From NCBI GenBank assembly GCA_902469055.1, contig CABRBC010000009.1, forward strand, positions 16,655 to 80,654: a DNA stretch of 64,000 nucleotides, in the 5' to 3' direction. The DNA is from an uncultured Collinsella sp. GTDB taxonomy: Bacteria; Actinomycetota; Coriobacteriia; Coriobacteriales; Coriobacteriaceae. The notes under the pieces are model-generated. The model was not told the origin of the DNA and did no database searches. It saw nothing but the letters and a program-made list of their open reading frames with translations. The position numbers and the translations under genes were made by a program. Positions 8,820 through 18,147 of this stretch are shown piece by piece; within the stretch, counting starts at the first letter, position 1, and each line of letters starts with the position of its first letter.

Positions 8820-9752
8820 TTACTGACGATCGAGCTTGCGGACAGCAACGCGCTTGCTGTACTCGTCGACGTGACCGAAGTCGCCGATGCCGACGGACTC
8901 GGCAACGTTGGCGCCGGTGGCCATAGCGAGCTTCATGGCCTCCTCGACGTTGTCGCGATCCCTGTACCACTTGTGCAGGAACGCAGCGAGGGTGCAGTCG
9001 CCGGCGCAGACAGAAGAAACCAGCTTGATGTTGAACTCACGCTTGGCGTACCAGATGTCCTCGCCGTTGGAGAAGTAAGCGTCGCCGCGGCTACCACGGG
9101 TGAGCAGCACGTTCTGAACGCCAGCGTCGTGAGCCATCTTCATGGCAACGCGGACCTCGTCGTCGGTGTCGACCGGCACGCCGAAGATGGCCTTCATCTC
9201 GTGATGGTTCGGCTTGATGAGCAGAGGCTTCTTGTGAGCGAGCTCCTTGAGCTTGTCGGAGGACAGGTCCAGGACGACGTCGGCGCCACGAGCCTGAGCG
9301 TGCTCCATGACCTTAGCCAGGAAGTCAGGCGTAGCTTTGGGAGGAACGGAGCCGGAAACGATCAGGCACTCGAGATCGCCCGCGGTGTCCAGGATGTTGT
9401 AGAGCTCCTCCTGGTGCTGCGGCGTGATCGGAGCACCCGGGTTCAGGATGCCGTACTCGTGCTGGCCATCGTTGACGTAGGTGTTAATGCGCGTGATACC
9501 GTCGGTCCAGACCGGGCGGCAGAGGCAACCCAGGTTCATGACCTCCTCGACGATGAACTTGCCCGTGAAGCCGGCGAAGAAGCCGAGCGCGACGGTGTCG
9601 ACGCCCATCTTCTTAAAGGCGAAGGACACGTCGAGGCCCTTGCCGTTAGCCGTGTAGCTGGCCGAGCCGGTGCGGACGTTCTCGTCGGGCTCGAGCGGAG
9701 AGCTCGAAACCGTCATGTCGACAGCCGGGTTAGCGGTTAGCGTGTAGAACAT
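8820..9752 (-). CDS. fruK: 1-phosphofructokinase (PfkB family), last gene of the ptsHI-fruK unit
   Basis: MFYTLTANPAVDMT... It is 74 bp downstream of ptsI on the same strand and paralogous to the ORF at 7699..8631. Confidence 0.8.
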   Translation of the reverse strand: MFYTLTANPAVDMTVSSSPLEPDENVRTGSASYTANGKGLDVSFAFKKMGVDTVALGFFAGFTGKFIVEEVMNLGCLCRPVWTDGITRINTYVNDGQHEYGILNPGAPITPQHQEELYNILDTAGDLECLIVSGSVPPKATPDFLAKVMEHAQARGADVVLDLSSDKLKELAHKKPLLIKPNHHEMKAIFGVPVDTDDEVRVAMKMAHDAGVQNVLLTRGSRGDAYFSNGEDIWYAKREFNIKLVSSVCAGDCTLAAFLHKWYRDRDNVEEAMKLAMATGANVAESVGIGDFGHVDEYSKRVAVRKLDRQ

Positions 9753-9826
9753 TTACAGTACCCCCTGTATATGTGAGGGCCGCGTGGCCGGCCCATTCCA
9801 ACCACGCGGTTACCTCTGATACCAAA

Positions 9827-11530
9827 TTAGCGAGCTGCGGACTCGAGCAGTGCCTTGACCTCGGCGGCGGTGTTGCAGGCGAGCGCCTTCTCGGCGAGCT
9901 CGTCGCACTCGGCCTTGGTCCACTGGCTGATGGTCTTGCGGGCGCGCAGGATCGACGGAGCGCTCATCGAGAACTCCTCCAGGCCCCAGCTGATCAGCAG
10001 CGGCTCGAGCAGCGGATCGGCAGCGGCCTCGCCGCACATACCGACCATGATGCCGGCCTTCACGCCGCTCTCGATGATGTTCTTGAGCGAGCGGAGCACG
10101 GCGGGATAGTACACCTGGTACAGGTTGGAGATAGTGTCGTTGCCACGGTCGGCGCACATGGTGTAGCCGATCAGGTCGTTGGTGCCGATGGAGAAGAAGT
10201 CGGCAACCTCGGCAAGACGGTCTGCGAGCAGAGAAGCGGCAGGCGTCTCGACCATGATGCCGACCTCGATGTTCTCGTTGAACTTGCGACCCTCTTCGGT
10301 CAGCTCGGCCTTGCACTGCTCGACGAGCTCCTTGACAGCCAAGACCTCCTCGACGCAGGTGACGAGCGGGATCATAATCTTGACGTCACCGAAGGCGCTA
10401 GCGCGCAGCAGAGCGCGGAGCTGGACCTTGTACTGGTCGGGATTGGCCAGGCAGTAACGCACGGCGCGGAAGCCCATGAAGGGGTTGTCTTCCTTGACCA
10501 TATGCAGATACGGAATCTCCTTGTCGCCACCCACATCGAGCGTACGGATGATGACCGGAGCACCCTTGAGCGCGCTGGCGACCTTACGGTAGGCGTTGAA
10601 CTGCTCCTCCTCGGAAGGAAGCTCGGCAGAGTCCATGAACAGGAACTCGGAGCGGAACAGACCGATGGCCTCGGCGTCGTGATCGAGCGCGTTGGGCACG
10701 TCATCGGGGTTACCGATGTTGCAGGCGATGATCTTTTTGATGCCATCGGCAGTCACGGACGGCTTGCCACGGAAGGCCTCGAGGGCTGCCTTCTCGGCAG
10801 CGAAGGCCTCGGCCTTGGCGGTGTAGGCAGCGAGCGTCTCCTCGTCGGGATCGGCCTCGACGATACCCTTGCCACCGTCGACGACGACGGTCATACCGTT
10901 GCGCAGCGCGGTGCAGCTGTTGGAAACCGAAAGGACAGCCGGGATCTCGAGGGCACGCGCAATGATCGCGGAGTGCGACGTGCGGCCACCGGTCTCGGTG
11001 ACGATACCGGCAACGTGGGCCTTATCGATCGTGGCGGTCATGGACGGCGTGAGGTCGTGCACGACAACGACGGTGTTCTCGGGCAGGACGGAGAGGTCGA
11101 CGACCTCCTTGCCCAGCAGCTCGGCCAGAATACCGGTGCGGATGTCGGCGATGTCGGCCGCGCGCAGACGGAACATCTCGTCGTCCATGGACAGGAACAT
11201 GTTCTCGAACATGGTCGAGGTGTCCATGAGCGCCTGCTCGGCGCAGGTACCGCCGTCAATGGCGGCGTTGATGGCGTCGGTCATGCCCGGGTCCTGAGCC
11301 AGGACAATGTGTCCGCTCATGATCTCGGCCTCGGCCTCGCCCACCGTCTCCTTCATGTGGTCGGCCTGAGCCTGGGTCTTCTCGCAGAAGACCGAAAGAG
11401 CGGACTGATAGCGCTCCTTCTCTGCTGCCGAATCAGCAACCTCGTGCGGCTCAAACGTCAAGTCGGGATCGACGGCGACCATGACGGTGCCGATACCGAT
11501 GCCCTCGGAAGCGTTGACTCCCTGATACAT
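9827..11530 (-). CDS. ptsI: Phosphoenolpyruvate-protein phosphotransferase (PTS enzyme I)
   Basis: Full-length EI (N-terminal ...GIGIG..., PEP-utilising domain, C-terminal ...MCGE...). Start taken at MYQG with RBS GGAGAGAGG (the ORF track extends to 11584). Confidence 0.9.
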   Translation of the reverse strand: MYQGVNASEGIGIGTVMVAVDPDLTFEPHEVADSAAEKERYQSALSVFCEKTQAQADHMKETVGEAEAEIMSGHIVLAQDPGMTDAINAAIDGGTCAEQALMDTSTMFENMFLSMDDEMFRLRAADIADIRTGILAELLGKEVVDLSVLPENTVVVVHDLTPSMTATIDKAHVAGIVTETGGRTSHSAIIARALEIPAVLSVSNSCTALRNGMTVVVDGGKGIVEADPDEETLAAYTAKAEAFAAEKAALEAFRGKPSVTADGIKKIIACNIGNPDDVPNALDHDAEAIGLFRSEFLFMDSAELPSEEEQFNAYRKVASALKGAPVIIRTLDVGGDKEIPYLHMVKEDNPFMGFRAVRYCLANPDQYKVQLRALLRASAFGDVKIMIPLVTCVEEVLAVKELVEQCKAELTEEGRKFNENIEVGIMVETPAASLLADRLAEVADFFSIGTNDLIGYTMCADRGNDTISNLYQVYYPAVLRSLKNIIESGVKAGIMVGMCGEAAADPLLEPLLISWGLEEFSMSAPSILRARKTISQWTKAECDELAEKALACNTAAEVKALLESAAR

Positions 11531-11581
11531 TCCCATTCCTCTCTCCGTGTCATGTGATAAAGCGTTTTGCCATATCCATGA

Positions 11582-11618
11582 CAAAAGAGCGCAGTTACCT
11601 TACAACAGGTCACTGCGC
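11582..11618 (-). terminator. Partial terminator/attenuator hairpin between ptsH and ptsI
   Basis: Minus-strand reading: gcgcagtgacctgttgtaaggtaactgcgc hairpin then TCTTTTGT, lying between the ptsH stop and the ptsI start. Confidence 0.4.
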
Positions 11619-11663
11619 CCCCAAATATGAACTTAGTTGTTCAGCATGCGACCCGTTTGAGTT

Positions 11664-11927
11664 CTACTCGCCAAGACCGCTCTTGATGAGCTCGATGGCA
11701 GCAGCCAGAGCCTCGGCCTCGTCGGCGCCGTCGCACTTGACCTCGACCTCGGTACCGCAGGGGATACCAGCAGCCATGAGGGCCATCGGGGACTTGCCGT
11801 TGACCTCCTTCTCGGGGGTGACGACCGTCACGTCACAGGCGTACTTGCCCATGGTGGAGGCGAACAGACCAGCCGGACGCATGTGCAGACCCTGAGGATT
11901 AACGAGGGTAGCCTTCTCAGAAACCAT
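11664..11927 (-). CDS. ptsH: Phosphocarrier protein HPr
   Basis: 87 aa with the active-site His15 context GLHMRPAG and the Ser46 context GKSPMALM. RBS AAGGAG upstream. Confidence 0.9.
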   Translation of the reverse strand: MVSEKATLVNPQGLHMRPAGLFASTMGKYACDVTVVTPEKEVNGKSPMALMAAGIPCGTEVEVKCDGADEAEALAAAIELIKSGLGE

Positions 11928-12065
11928 AGTTGACTCCTTTTTTGTGTTTAACCCCTGTCATGTATGTGGCAGGAGTCAGATTCACGACGTTGTTTATATT
12001 AACTCACATCAAACGGTTTTTCATTATGTTTCGGACGAATTGTTGGACAGATGTGTTTGTCGTCC

Positions 12066-12217
12066 GCTTGCTCGCCCACAGGGGGCCGGGCGCGGCCAGT
12101 GAGATTTCCTGCTCTACAGTCCTGCTCGCACGAAGAGCACATTAAGTGCTCTTCGGCTCGTGCGGAACTCGCGATAAATCTCACTGGCCGCGCCCGGCCC
12201 CCTGTGGGCGAGCAAGC
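12066..12217. repeat. 152 bp palindromic element with perfect 40 bp inverted-repeat arms, a 72 bp spacer and a nested 10 bp palindrome
   Basis: Left arm 12066-12105 (gcttgctcgcccacagggggccgggcgcggccagtgagat) is the exact reverse complement of the right arm 12178-12217. The spacer holds cgaagagcac-attaa-gtgctcttcg. Non-coding: the two ORF-track peptides here mirror each other because of the palindrome. Confidence 0.9.
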
Positions 12218-12321
12218 TGCAGAAACTCGGTCGGTCCAGAGCAATATCGTGCGAACGGAATTCTGGCTAATGATCTGTTCGCGACAAAGACTCGATAGGT
12301 AGCCCCCTCTATGCCCTTTTG

Positions 12322-12393
12322 TAAGTTGCGGTGAAATAGGGACTGAATTTGGGGTTGAATCGTTTAAACAGTCCCTATTTCACCGCAACTTAT
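12322..12393. repeat. Small inverted-repeat element, copy A (24 bp perfect arms, 24 bp spacer)
   Basis: taagttgcggtgaaatagggactg ... cagtccctatttcaccgcaactta. A related copy is at 46061..46130. Confidence 0.85.
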
Positions 12394-12475
12394 GGGAGGG
12401 ATAGAAAAAGGCGGAGGCCCTGGAGAGAGACTCCGCCTTATATACAGTGGGCGATGTTATTCGCGTACCGTGGAA

Positions 12476-14479
12476 TTAGACCAGACGAGCGTTGATCGTC
12501 TTGGCGATCTCGGCGGCGTCGGTGGAACCCTTGACGGTGGCACGGAAGTCCTCGTCCATGAGCGCCTCGGCGACCTTGGACAGGATCTTGAGGTGCGTGG
12601 TACCGGCCTGGGCACCGGGGATGAGCAGGGCGATAGCCACGTTGACGGGAGCGCCGTCCATGGTGTCCCAACCGGTCACGCCGGACTCGTCCTTGACGAC
12701 GATGACGGCAGCCTCGGTAATGGCATCGGACTTGGCATGCGGGATGGCGAAGCCCTCCATCATGCCCGTGGTGCCCTCGGCCTCGCGGGCCAGGAAGGCG
12801 TTCATCACGGCGTCGGCGTCGCTGGCGATACCGGCCTTGACAGCCTGGTTGGAAACGAAGCTCAGAGCCTCGTCACGAGAAGCGAAGTCCTCGGCGACAA
12901 AGACATTCTCGACCTTCACGAAGTCGGCAGCCTCGGCCTTGGGGGCCTCGACGGCAGCGGCCTTGGGGGCCTCAACGGACTTGGCTACAGGAGCGGCCTT
13001 CTGATTCTTCTCGAAGTCGTACTTCTTGAAGGCCACGAACAGGATACCACCGACCACAGCGCCGATGAGGATCGCGAGGACCCACAGCGGACCGTTCTCG
13101 ACAACGGGCAGGACCAGGAAGCCGCCGTGAGGCGCCGGATCGTGAACGTTGAAGAAGATGGTCAAGATGGAAGCGATGGAAGAACCGAGCATCATGATGG
13201 GCATGACGGGCCAGATGTTCTTGGTCATGAACGGAATGGCGCCCTCGGTGATGTGGGTGCAACCAAGGATGAGGTTGACGATACCGGCGTCATGATCCTC
13301 CTGGCTGAAGTACTTCTTGCCGACAACGACGGCGAAGGTGGTGATCAGCGGCGGAACGATGCAAGCGGCGGAGACGGCAGCCATGAAGTTGGTGCCGAAG
13401 TTGTAGGTCTCGGTGCCGACGCCAGCTTCGAGAGCGGTACCGAGCAGGAAGGTACCAGTAGCGTAAGCAGCCTTGTTGACCGGGCCGCCCATATCAAAGG
13501 CGCACATGCAGCCGATGGCCAGGCCAAGGATCACCGGACCGGAGTTACCGAGGCTCTGCAGGAAATCCATCATACCCTGGTTAATGGCAGCCATGGGGCC
13601 GGAAATACCGAGCATGACCAGGCCGACGATGGCGGTAGAGCACAGCGGATACAGGAAGATTGCCTTCAGGCCATTAAGGCTCGCGGGAATTTTAGAGAAA
13701 ACCTTCTCGAGCAGCAGGATGACATAGCCGGCGAGGAAGCCGCCGACGATGCCGCCCAGGAAGCCGAAGCCCACGCCGGCGCCACCGGCGTCGATCATGC
13801 CGGTCTCGGCGTTAACAGGCAGGCCCTGGATGGCAATCATACCGGCAACGAAACCGGGGACGAGCGCCGGGCGCTTGCCGATGGATTCGGCGATGTAGGC
13901 GGAAAGCACCGGAACCATAAGGTTCATGGCGATGCCGCCGATGATCTTGAGCATCGCAGCAAAGCTGTTGTAGTCGGCAGCCGTCGAATCAAAGGACGTG
14001 ATGCCCCACAGGAACGAAATGGCGGTCAGAACACCACCGGCAACGACGAAGACCAGCATGTGGCTGACGCCGTTCATGAGGTGCTTGTAGATGACGTGGC
14101 CGATGGACTCCTTCTCCTCGACCTCGTCCTCGACATCGGCGGCAGCGGCAACCGTGTCGTCGCCCTTGGCGGCGAGCGCGCGGTCGATCAGCTTACCAGC
14201 AGCCTCGACAGACAGGGCCTTGGAAACACCAACGGAAACCATGGGCTTACCGGCGAAACGCTCAGCCTGGACATCCTTATCGGCTGCGACGACGACGGCC
14301 TTGGCACCGGCGATCTCGCTCTTGGTGAGCTCGTTCTCGACACCGACCTGGCCATGAGTCTCGACCTTAATGGTCAGACCGCGCTCGGCAGCTGCCTTCT
14401 CCAGCGCCTCCTTCGCCATGAAGGTGTGCGCAATGCCGGTCGGGCAACCGGTCGCGGCGATGATGTCAAACTTAGCCAT
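12476..14479 (-). CDS. fruA: PTS fructose-family transporter, fused IIB-IIC-IIA
   Basis: N-terminal IIB (MAKFDIIAATGCPTGIAHTFMA), large IIC membrane domain, C-terminal IIA (AIPHAKSD). Start at MAKF with RBS AAGGAGG (the ORF track starts 24 codons earlier). Confidence 0.9.
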   Translation of the reverse strand: MAKFDIIAATGCPTGIAHTFMAKEALEKAAAERGLTIKVETHGQVGVENELTKSEIAGAKAVVVAADKDVQAERFAGKPMVSVGVSKALSVEAAGKLIDRALAAKGDDTVAAAADVEDEVEEKESIGHVIYKHLMNGVSHMLVFVVAGGVLTAISFLWGITSFDSTAADYNSFAAMLKIIGGIAMNLMVPVLSAYIAESIGKRPALVPGFVAGMIAIQGLPVNAETGMIDAGGAGVGFGFLGGIVGGFLAGYVILLLEKVFSKIPASLNGLKAIFLYPLCSTAIVGLVMLGISGPMAAINQGMMDFLQSLGNSGPVILGLAIGCMCAFDMGGPVNKAAYATGTFLLGTALEAGVGTETYNFGTNFMAAVSAACIVPPLITTFAVVVGKKYFSQEDHDAGIVNLILGCTHITEGAIPFMTKNIWPVMPIMMLGSSIASILTIFFNVHDPAPHGGFLVLPVVENGPLWVLAILIGAVVGGILFVAFKKYDFEKNQKAAPVAKSVEAPKAAAVEAPKAEAADFVKVENVFVAEDFASRDEALSFVSNQAVKAGIASDADAVMNAFLAREAEGTTGMMEGFAIPHAKSDAITEAAVIVVKDESGVTGWDTMDGAPVNVAIALLIPGAQAGTTHLKILSKVAEALMDEDFRATVKGSTDAAEIAKTINARLV

Positions 14480-14703
14480 GTGTCCCTCCTTCTTGAGTAC
14501 AGCGCCCTCGGGCGCTCCCCTACACGCGCTTCGATGCGCGTTTTTCCACAACTGAAAGATACCAACCTACCGTCCGCGTGAGAAGAGACAAGGCGCAATT
14601 CTCCGGTGAAAGGTTCTTTCATAACCGTAAACGGCAAGTGAAAGTTTACCATCAACACTTGAAACGGCAAGGTGTATCTTGTAATTGAAAATGCCCGTAT
14701 ACT

Positions 14704-15609
14704 ATGGCATTGCAAATCAAGTTAGATTTTCAGGCCAACCAGGAGCCATCCATGACCGATAGTAGCAAAAGCGCACTTTCCCTCATTAGTACCCACCAGG
14801 GATACAGCGAGTCCGAGCAGCGCATTGTCGACTATATATTGGAGCACCAGTCCGAGGCGCCACGCCTCACGGCGGCTCAGCTCTCGCGCGCTGCCGCCAC
14901 GTCCGAGGCGACCGTTTCGCGTTTCTGCCGCAAGCTGGGCTTTGGCAGCTTCCGCAGCTTTCAGTTTTCGTTGGCGCGCGACTTAGAGAGTCAGCGCAAC
15001 GAGGGCCTGACCGACGAGGTCTCGCTCGACAACATGGAGCAGAGCCTTAAAAATATCCTCGCCGCCAAGGTGAGTGAGCTTAATGCGACCATCGACGGCA
15101 TTGATCACGACACGTTGGCCGCAGTTGTACACGCGCTTAAGAACGCCGGCGTTATTGAGTTTGCGGCCGTAGGCAACACCAACGCCGTCGCGCTCGACGC
15201 GACGTTCAAGTTCTCGCAGCTGGGCCTGCGCTGCATGGCGAGCACCATTAGCGAGACATCAATCGGCTTTGCGCTCACGTTACGCCCGGGTGACGTCATC
15301 GTGCTAATCTCAAACTCTGGCAAATCGCGCCGACTGAATCGCATGGCAAAAGCGGCTCGCAACTGCGGCGCAACCGTAGTCGTCATCAGCAGCGATAGCA
15401 AGTCTCCACTTGCGCGCCTCGCCGACTACACCTTTAATACCGTCAATCACGAAGCGCTGCTGACAACGGGTGACTTCGCATTCTCCAAGATGAGCGCCAC
15501 GATGATCATAGAGGTCATCTACAACTTCCTGCTGCCCGAAATCGAGGACGCCCGAGAGCATATCAGCTACTACGAAGAGCTCATCCAACCGGATAAGGTC
15601 GTGGAGTAA
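14704..15609 (+). CDS. RpiR/MurR-family transcriptional regulator (HTH_6 plus SIS domain), divergent from fruA
   Basis: N-terminal helix-turn-helix (AAQLSRAAATSEATVSRFCRKLGFGSF) and a SIS sugar-phosphate-binding domain. The true start may be MTDSS at about 14752. Confidence 0.8.
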   Translation: MALQIKLDFQANQEPSMTDSSKSALSLISTHQGYSESEQRIVDYILEHQSEAPRLTAAQLSRAAATSEATVSRFCRKLGFGSFRSFQFSLARDLESQRNEGLTDEVSLDNMEQSLKNILAAKVSELNATIDGIDHDTLAAVVHALKNAGVIEFAAVGNTNAVALDATFKFSQLGLRCMASTISETSIGFALTLRPGDVIVLISNSGKSRRLNRMAKAARNCGATVVVISSDSKSPLARLADYTFNTVNHEALLTTGDFAFSKMSATMIIEVIYNFLLPEIEDAREHISYYEELIQPDKVVE

Positions 15610-15618
15610 AACGCGAAG

Positions 15619-15651
15619 TGGGACAAAAAATTCAGTCTATTTTGTCCCACC
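15619..15651. terminator. Bidirectional terminator-like hairpin between the convergent RpiR regulator and recN
   Basis: gtgggacaaaa-[11 nt loop]-ttttgtcccac gives an 11 bp perfect stem. No strong U-tract on either side. Confidence 0.4.
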
Positions 15652-15668
15652 AACACCGCTGATACGAC

Positions 15669-17297
15669 CTAACCTCGAGCTTCTTCAAGCATCTGCTTGG
15701 CATGCGCCAAGCTCGCCTCCGATTGATCGCCGCTCAACATGCGGGCGATCTCGGCGGTACGCGCTTCGCCGGTTACCTCGTCCAAATGCGTCTGGGGAAC
15801 ATCGCCCGGTTCCTTACTGACAACATAATGTTTGTCGGCCATGACCGCAACCTGCGCAAGGTGCGTTACGACGATGACCTGATGAGTAGCGGCAAGATCG
15901 GCCAGCACACCAGCAAGAGCACGAGCCGTAGAGCCGCCGACACCGGCATCGACCTCGTCAAACACCAGCGTAACGACACCGTCCGCGTTACCGAGGACAA
16001 CCTTACTTGCCAACATGACGCGGCTGAGCTCGCCGCCCGACGCAATGCGGCGCAGGGGACGTGGAGTCAAACCGGCACCGCTGCGGTATAGCAGCTCGTA
16101 GCTCGAAGGACCAACGGGCGTCCACTCAGCACGGGGAAGATCACGCGACTCCCAGACGAGCTCGGCGCCGCCCATCTCCAGGCGAGCCATCTGGCGGCAA
16201 ACCTCGTGGCAGAAGCGCGGGGCCGCCATATTGCGAGCGCGCTTAAGTGCCTTGGCAGCAGCAAACAACTCGTGCTCGGCGCTCCCGAGTGCCTCACGCG
16301 CCTTTCTGATCTGTTCATCGCCATCATCGACCAGGGACAGCAGCTCTTGCGAGCGATCGCGCATGGCAAAAACATCGTCCATGGTAGGACCCCACTGACG
16401 CAGCAGGCCCTTGAGGTCGGAATACCGCTCACGCATGCGAGCGAGCTCGCGCGGATCGAAGGCGACGCCATCGCGATAGGCACGAAGTTCGTTCGCGCAA
16501 TCCTCAAGGGAGATACAGGCATCCGAAAGCAAATCGGCAATGTCGCCAAGTTTGCGATCGACGGAAGCCATACGGGAAAGTTCTGCCACGGCGCTGTTCA
16601 CGGCATCGAGCGCTCCCCCTTCAGAGGCAAGCGATGCATGGGCATCATTAGCTGTGGCAACCAGTACCTCGGCATGTTCGGAGCGCGGCAGCAGTTCCTC
16701 GAGTTCCTCATACTCGCCCGGTTTGGGGTCGACCTCGCCGATGCGCTCGAGCGCAAAGCGCGCTTCCTCGACGCGGCTCCCCTGCGCACGCGAGGTCTCT
16801 TCGACACGTCGAACCTCCTTAGCGGCAGCACGCGAAGCCTTAAAGCAGGCGCGGTAGTGCTCGAGCGCCTCGAGTGCAGGGCGCCCTGCCCAGGCATCGA
16901 CCATCGCAACATGATGCGCCGGATCGAGCAAGCGCTGGTGCTCGTGTTGGCCGCACAGATCCATCATCACGCCAACGCGCTCCGAAAGCTCGCGCACACT
17001 GGCGATGCGGCCGTCAATCTTCACGCGGCTGCGGCCCTCGGCGGAAAGGCTGCGCTGTACGGTGAACCCTTCCGTGTCGTGCGGCCCGTCGAAGAGTCGT
17101 GCCTCGACGCTCGCGAGCGCCTCGCCCTCGCGCACCGTCGACGAATCCGCGCGCTCGCCCAAAATAAGTTTGAGGGCCGAGAGCAGCGCGGTCTTGCCGG
17201 CACCGGTCTCGCCGGTCAGGACAGTCAGGCCGGCACTCGGCAGCAGCGTCGCCTCGCGAATGAGCGCAATGTTAGAAACCTGCAGCTCATCGATCAT
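15669..17297 (-). CDS. recN: DNA repair protein RecN
   Basis: N-terminal Walker A GETGAGKT, long coiled coil and C-terminal SMC-like signature region. 542 aa. Confidence 0.9.
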   Translation of the reverse strand: MIDELQVSNIALIREATLLPSAGLTVLTGETGAGKTALLSALKLILGERADSSTVREGEALASVEARLFDGPHDTEGFTVQRSLSAEGRSRVKIDGRIASVRELSERVGVMMDLCGQHEHQRLLDPAHHVAMVDAWAGRPALEALEHYRACFKASRAAAKEVRRVEETSRAQGSRVEEARFALERIGEVDPKPGEYEELEELLPRSEHAEVLVATANDAHASLASEGGALDAVNSAVAELSRMASVDRKLGDIADLLSDACISLEDCANELRAYRDGVAFDPRELARMRERYSDLKGLLRQWGPTMDDVFAMRDRSQELLSLVDDGDEQIRKAREALGSAEHELFAAAKALKRARNMAAPRFCHEVCRQMARLEMGGAELVWESRDLPRAEWTPVGPSSYELLYRSGAGLTPRPLRRIASGGELSRVMLASKVVLGNADGVVTLVFDEVDAGVGGSTARALAGVLADLAATHQVIVVTHLAQVAVMADKHYVVSKEPGDVPQTHLDEVTGEARTAEIARMLSGDQSEASLAHAKQMLEEARG

Positions 17298-18147
17298 GAC
17301 GGACTCCGTAGAATACGCGGCTCACCGAGTTATAGAAGCTCTCGGGGCCGTAATCCAGCAGCAACACATCTCCGGGCCCGCGGCGCACCGCCACGCTCTC
17401 AACGGTGCCATCGCAGGTAATAAACTGTCCATCGATAGCAATCGCCGGAACGCTCGGACGATCATCAGACATAAAGATTTCGACGACATCACTCGGCGAA
17501 GTCAAGAAGGCACGGGCCTGAATGGTGTGCGGCGCAATGGGTACGCAGACCATGCCCGTATAGTCGGGGCTCACGATGGGGCCACCGGCACTGAGCGCGT
17601 AACCCGTAGAACCAGTCGCTGTGGACACGACCACGCCGTCGCCACGCAGGCGATCGATATGGTGGCCGGACACCGTGATGTCAAACTCGACCATATCGGA
17701 CAGGGGGCCGCGCGTGAGCGCCATGTCGTTGAGGGCGAACGTGCGCACGACATCCTTCGTGCCATCGTCACGCACGGACACGATATCCGCGGCGATGGTA
17801 GCGCGACGGCTCACATGCAGCTCGCCGGACAGGGCGTCGCTCACAACCTGCAAAATGTCGCGCTCCTCGGGACTCGCGGCCGTCAAAAAGCCCAGGTGAC
17901 CATAGGAAAGACCGAGGATAGGAATCTCGCGATGGTTGAGGATGCGGGCAGCGCGCAACAACGTACCGTCGCCGCCGAGCGTAATGACCAGATCGGAGCC
18001 GTCAATATCAGGCGTGCTCTGAATCTTGGATCGCTGGTCGGCAGCCCATGCGACCTCATAGCCCTGGCGCGTCAGCCAAAGCTCGAGCATCAGGCCGCTC
18101 TCGACCGCCTCTTGCTTGTAGTAATTGGGAACCAGAAAGACCTTCAT
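17287..18147 (-). CDS. nadK: NAD kinase
   Basis: GGDGT motif (LVITLGGDGTLLRAA), 286 aa. Its 3' end overlaps the recN start by 11 nt. Confidence 0.85.
   Translation of the reverse strand: MKVFLVPNYYKQEAVESGLMLELWLTRQGYEVAWAADQRSKIQSTPDIDGSDLVITLGGDGTLLRAARILNHREIPILGLSYGHLGFLTAASPEERDILQVVSDALSGELHVSRRATIAADIVSVRDDGTKDVVRTFALNDMALTRGPLSDMVEFDITVSGHHIDRLRGDGVVVSTATGSTGYALSAGGPIVSPDYTGMVCVPIAPHTIQARAFLTSPSDVVEIFMSDDRPSVPAIAIDGQFITCDGTVESVAVRRGPGDVLLLDYGPESFYNSVSRVFYGVRHDR

Noticed and set aside
9773-11557. 594 aa plus-strand ORF
   Set aside because: Antisense shadow ORF of ptsI.
11999-12302. Two small ORFs (81 aa minus, 83 aa plus) sharing the peptide ...SPTGGRARPVRF...
   Set aside because: Both read through the 152 bp palindrome. 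The shared peptide is a direct consequence of the inverted repeat and not evidence of coding.
12392-14581. 729 aa plus-strand ORF
   Set aside because: Antisense to fruA (PTS IIBCA), low-complexity Gly/Asp-rich translation.
14655-14675. cre-like catabolite-responsive element (TGAAACGGCAAGGT) in the fruA/rpiR promoter region
   Set aside because: It mismatches the central CG of the cre consensus TGWAANCGNTNWCA. More likely part of the direct-repeat operator noted in the findings.
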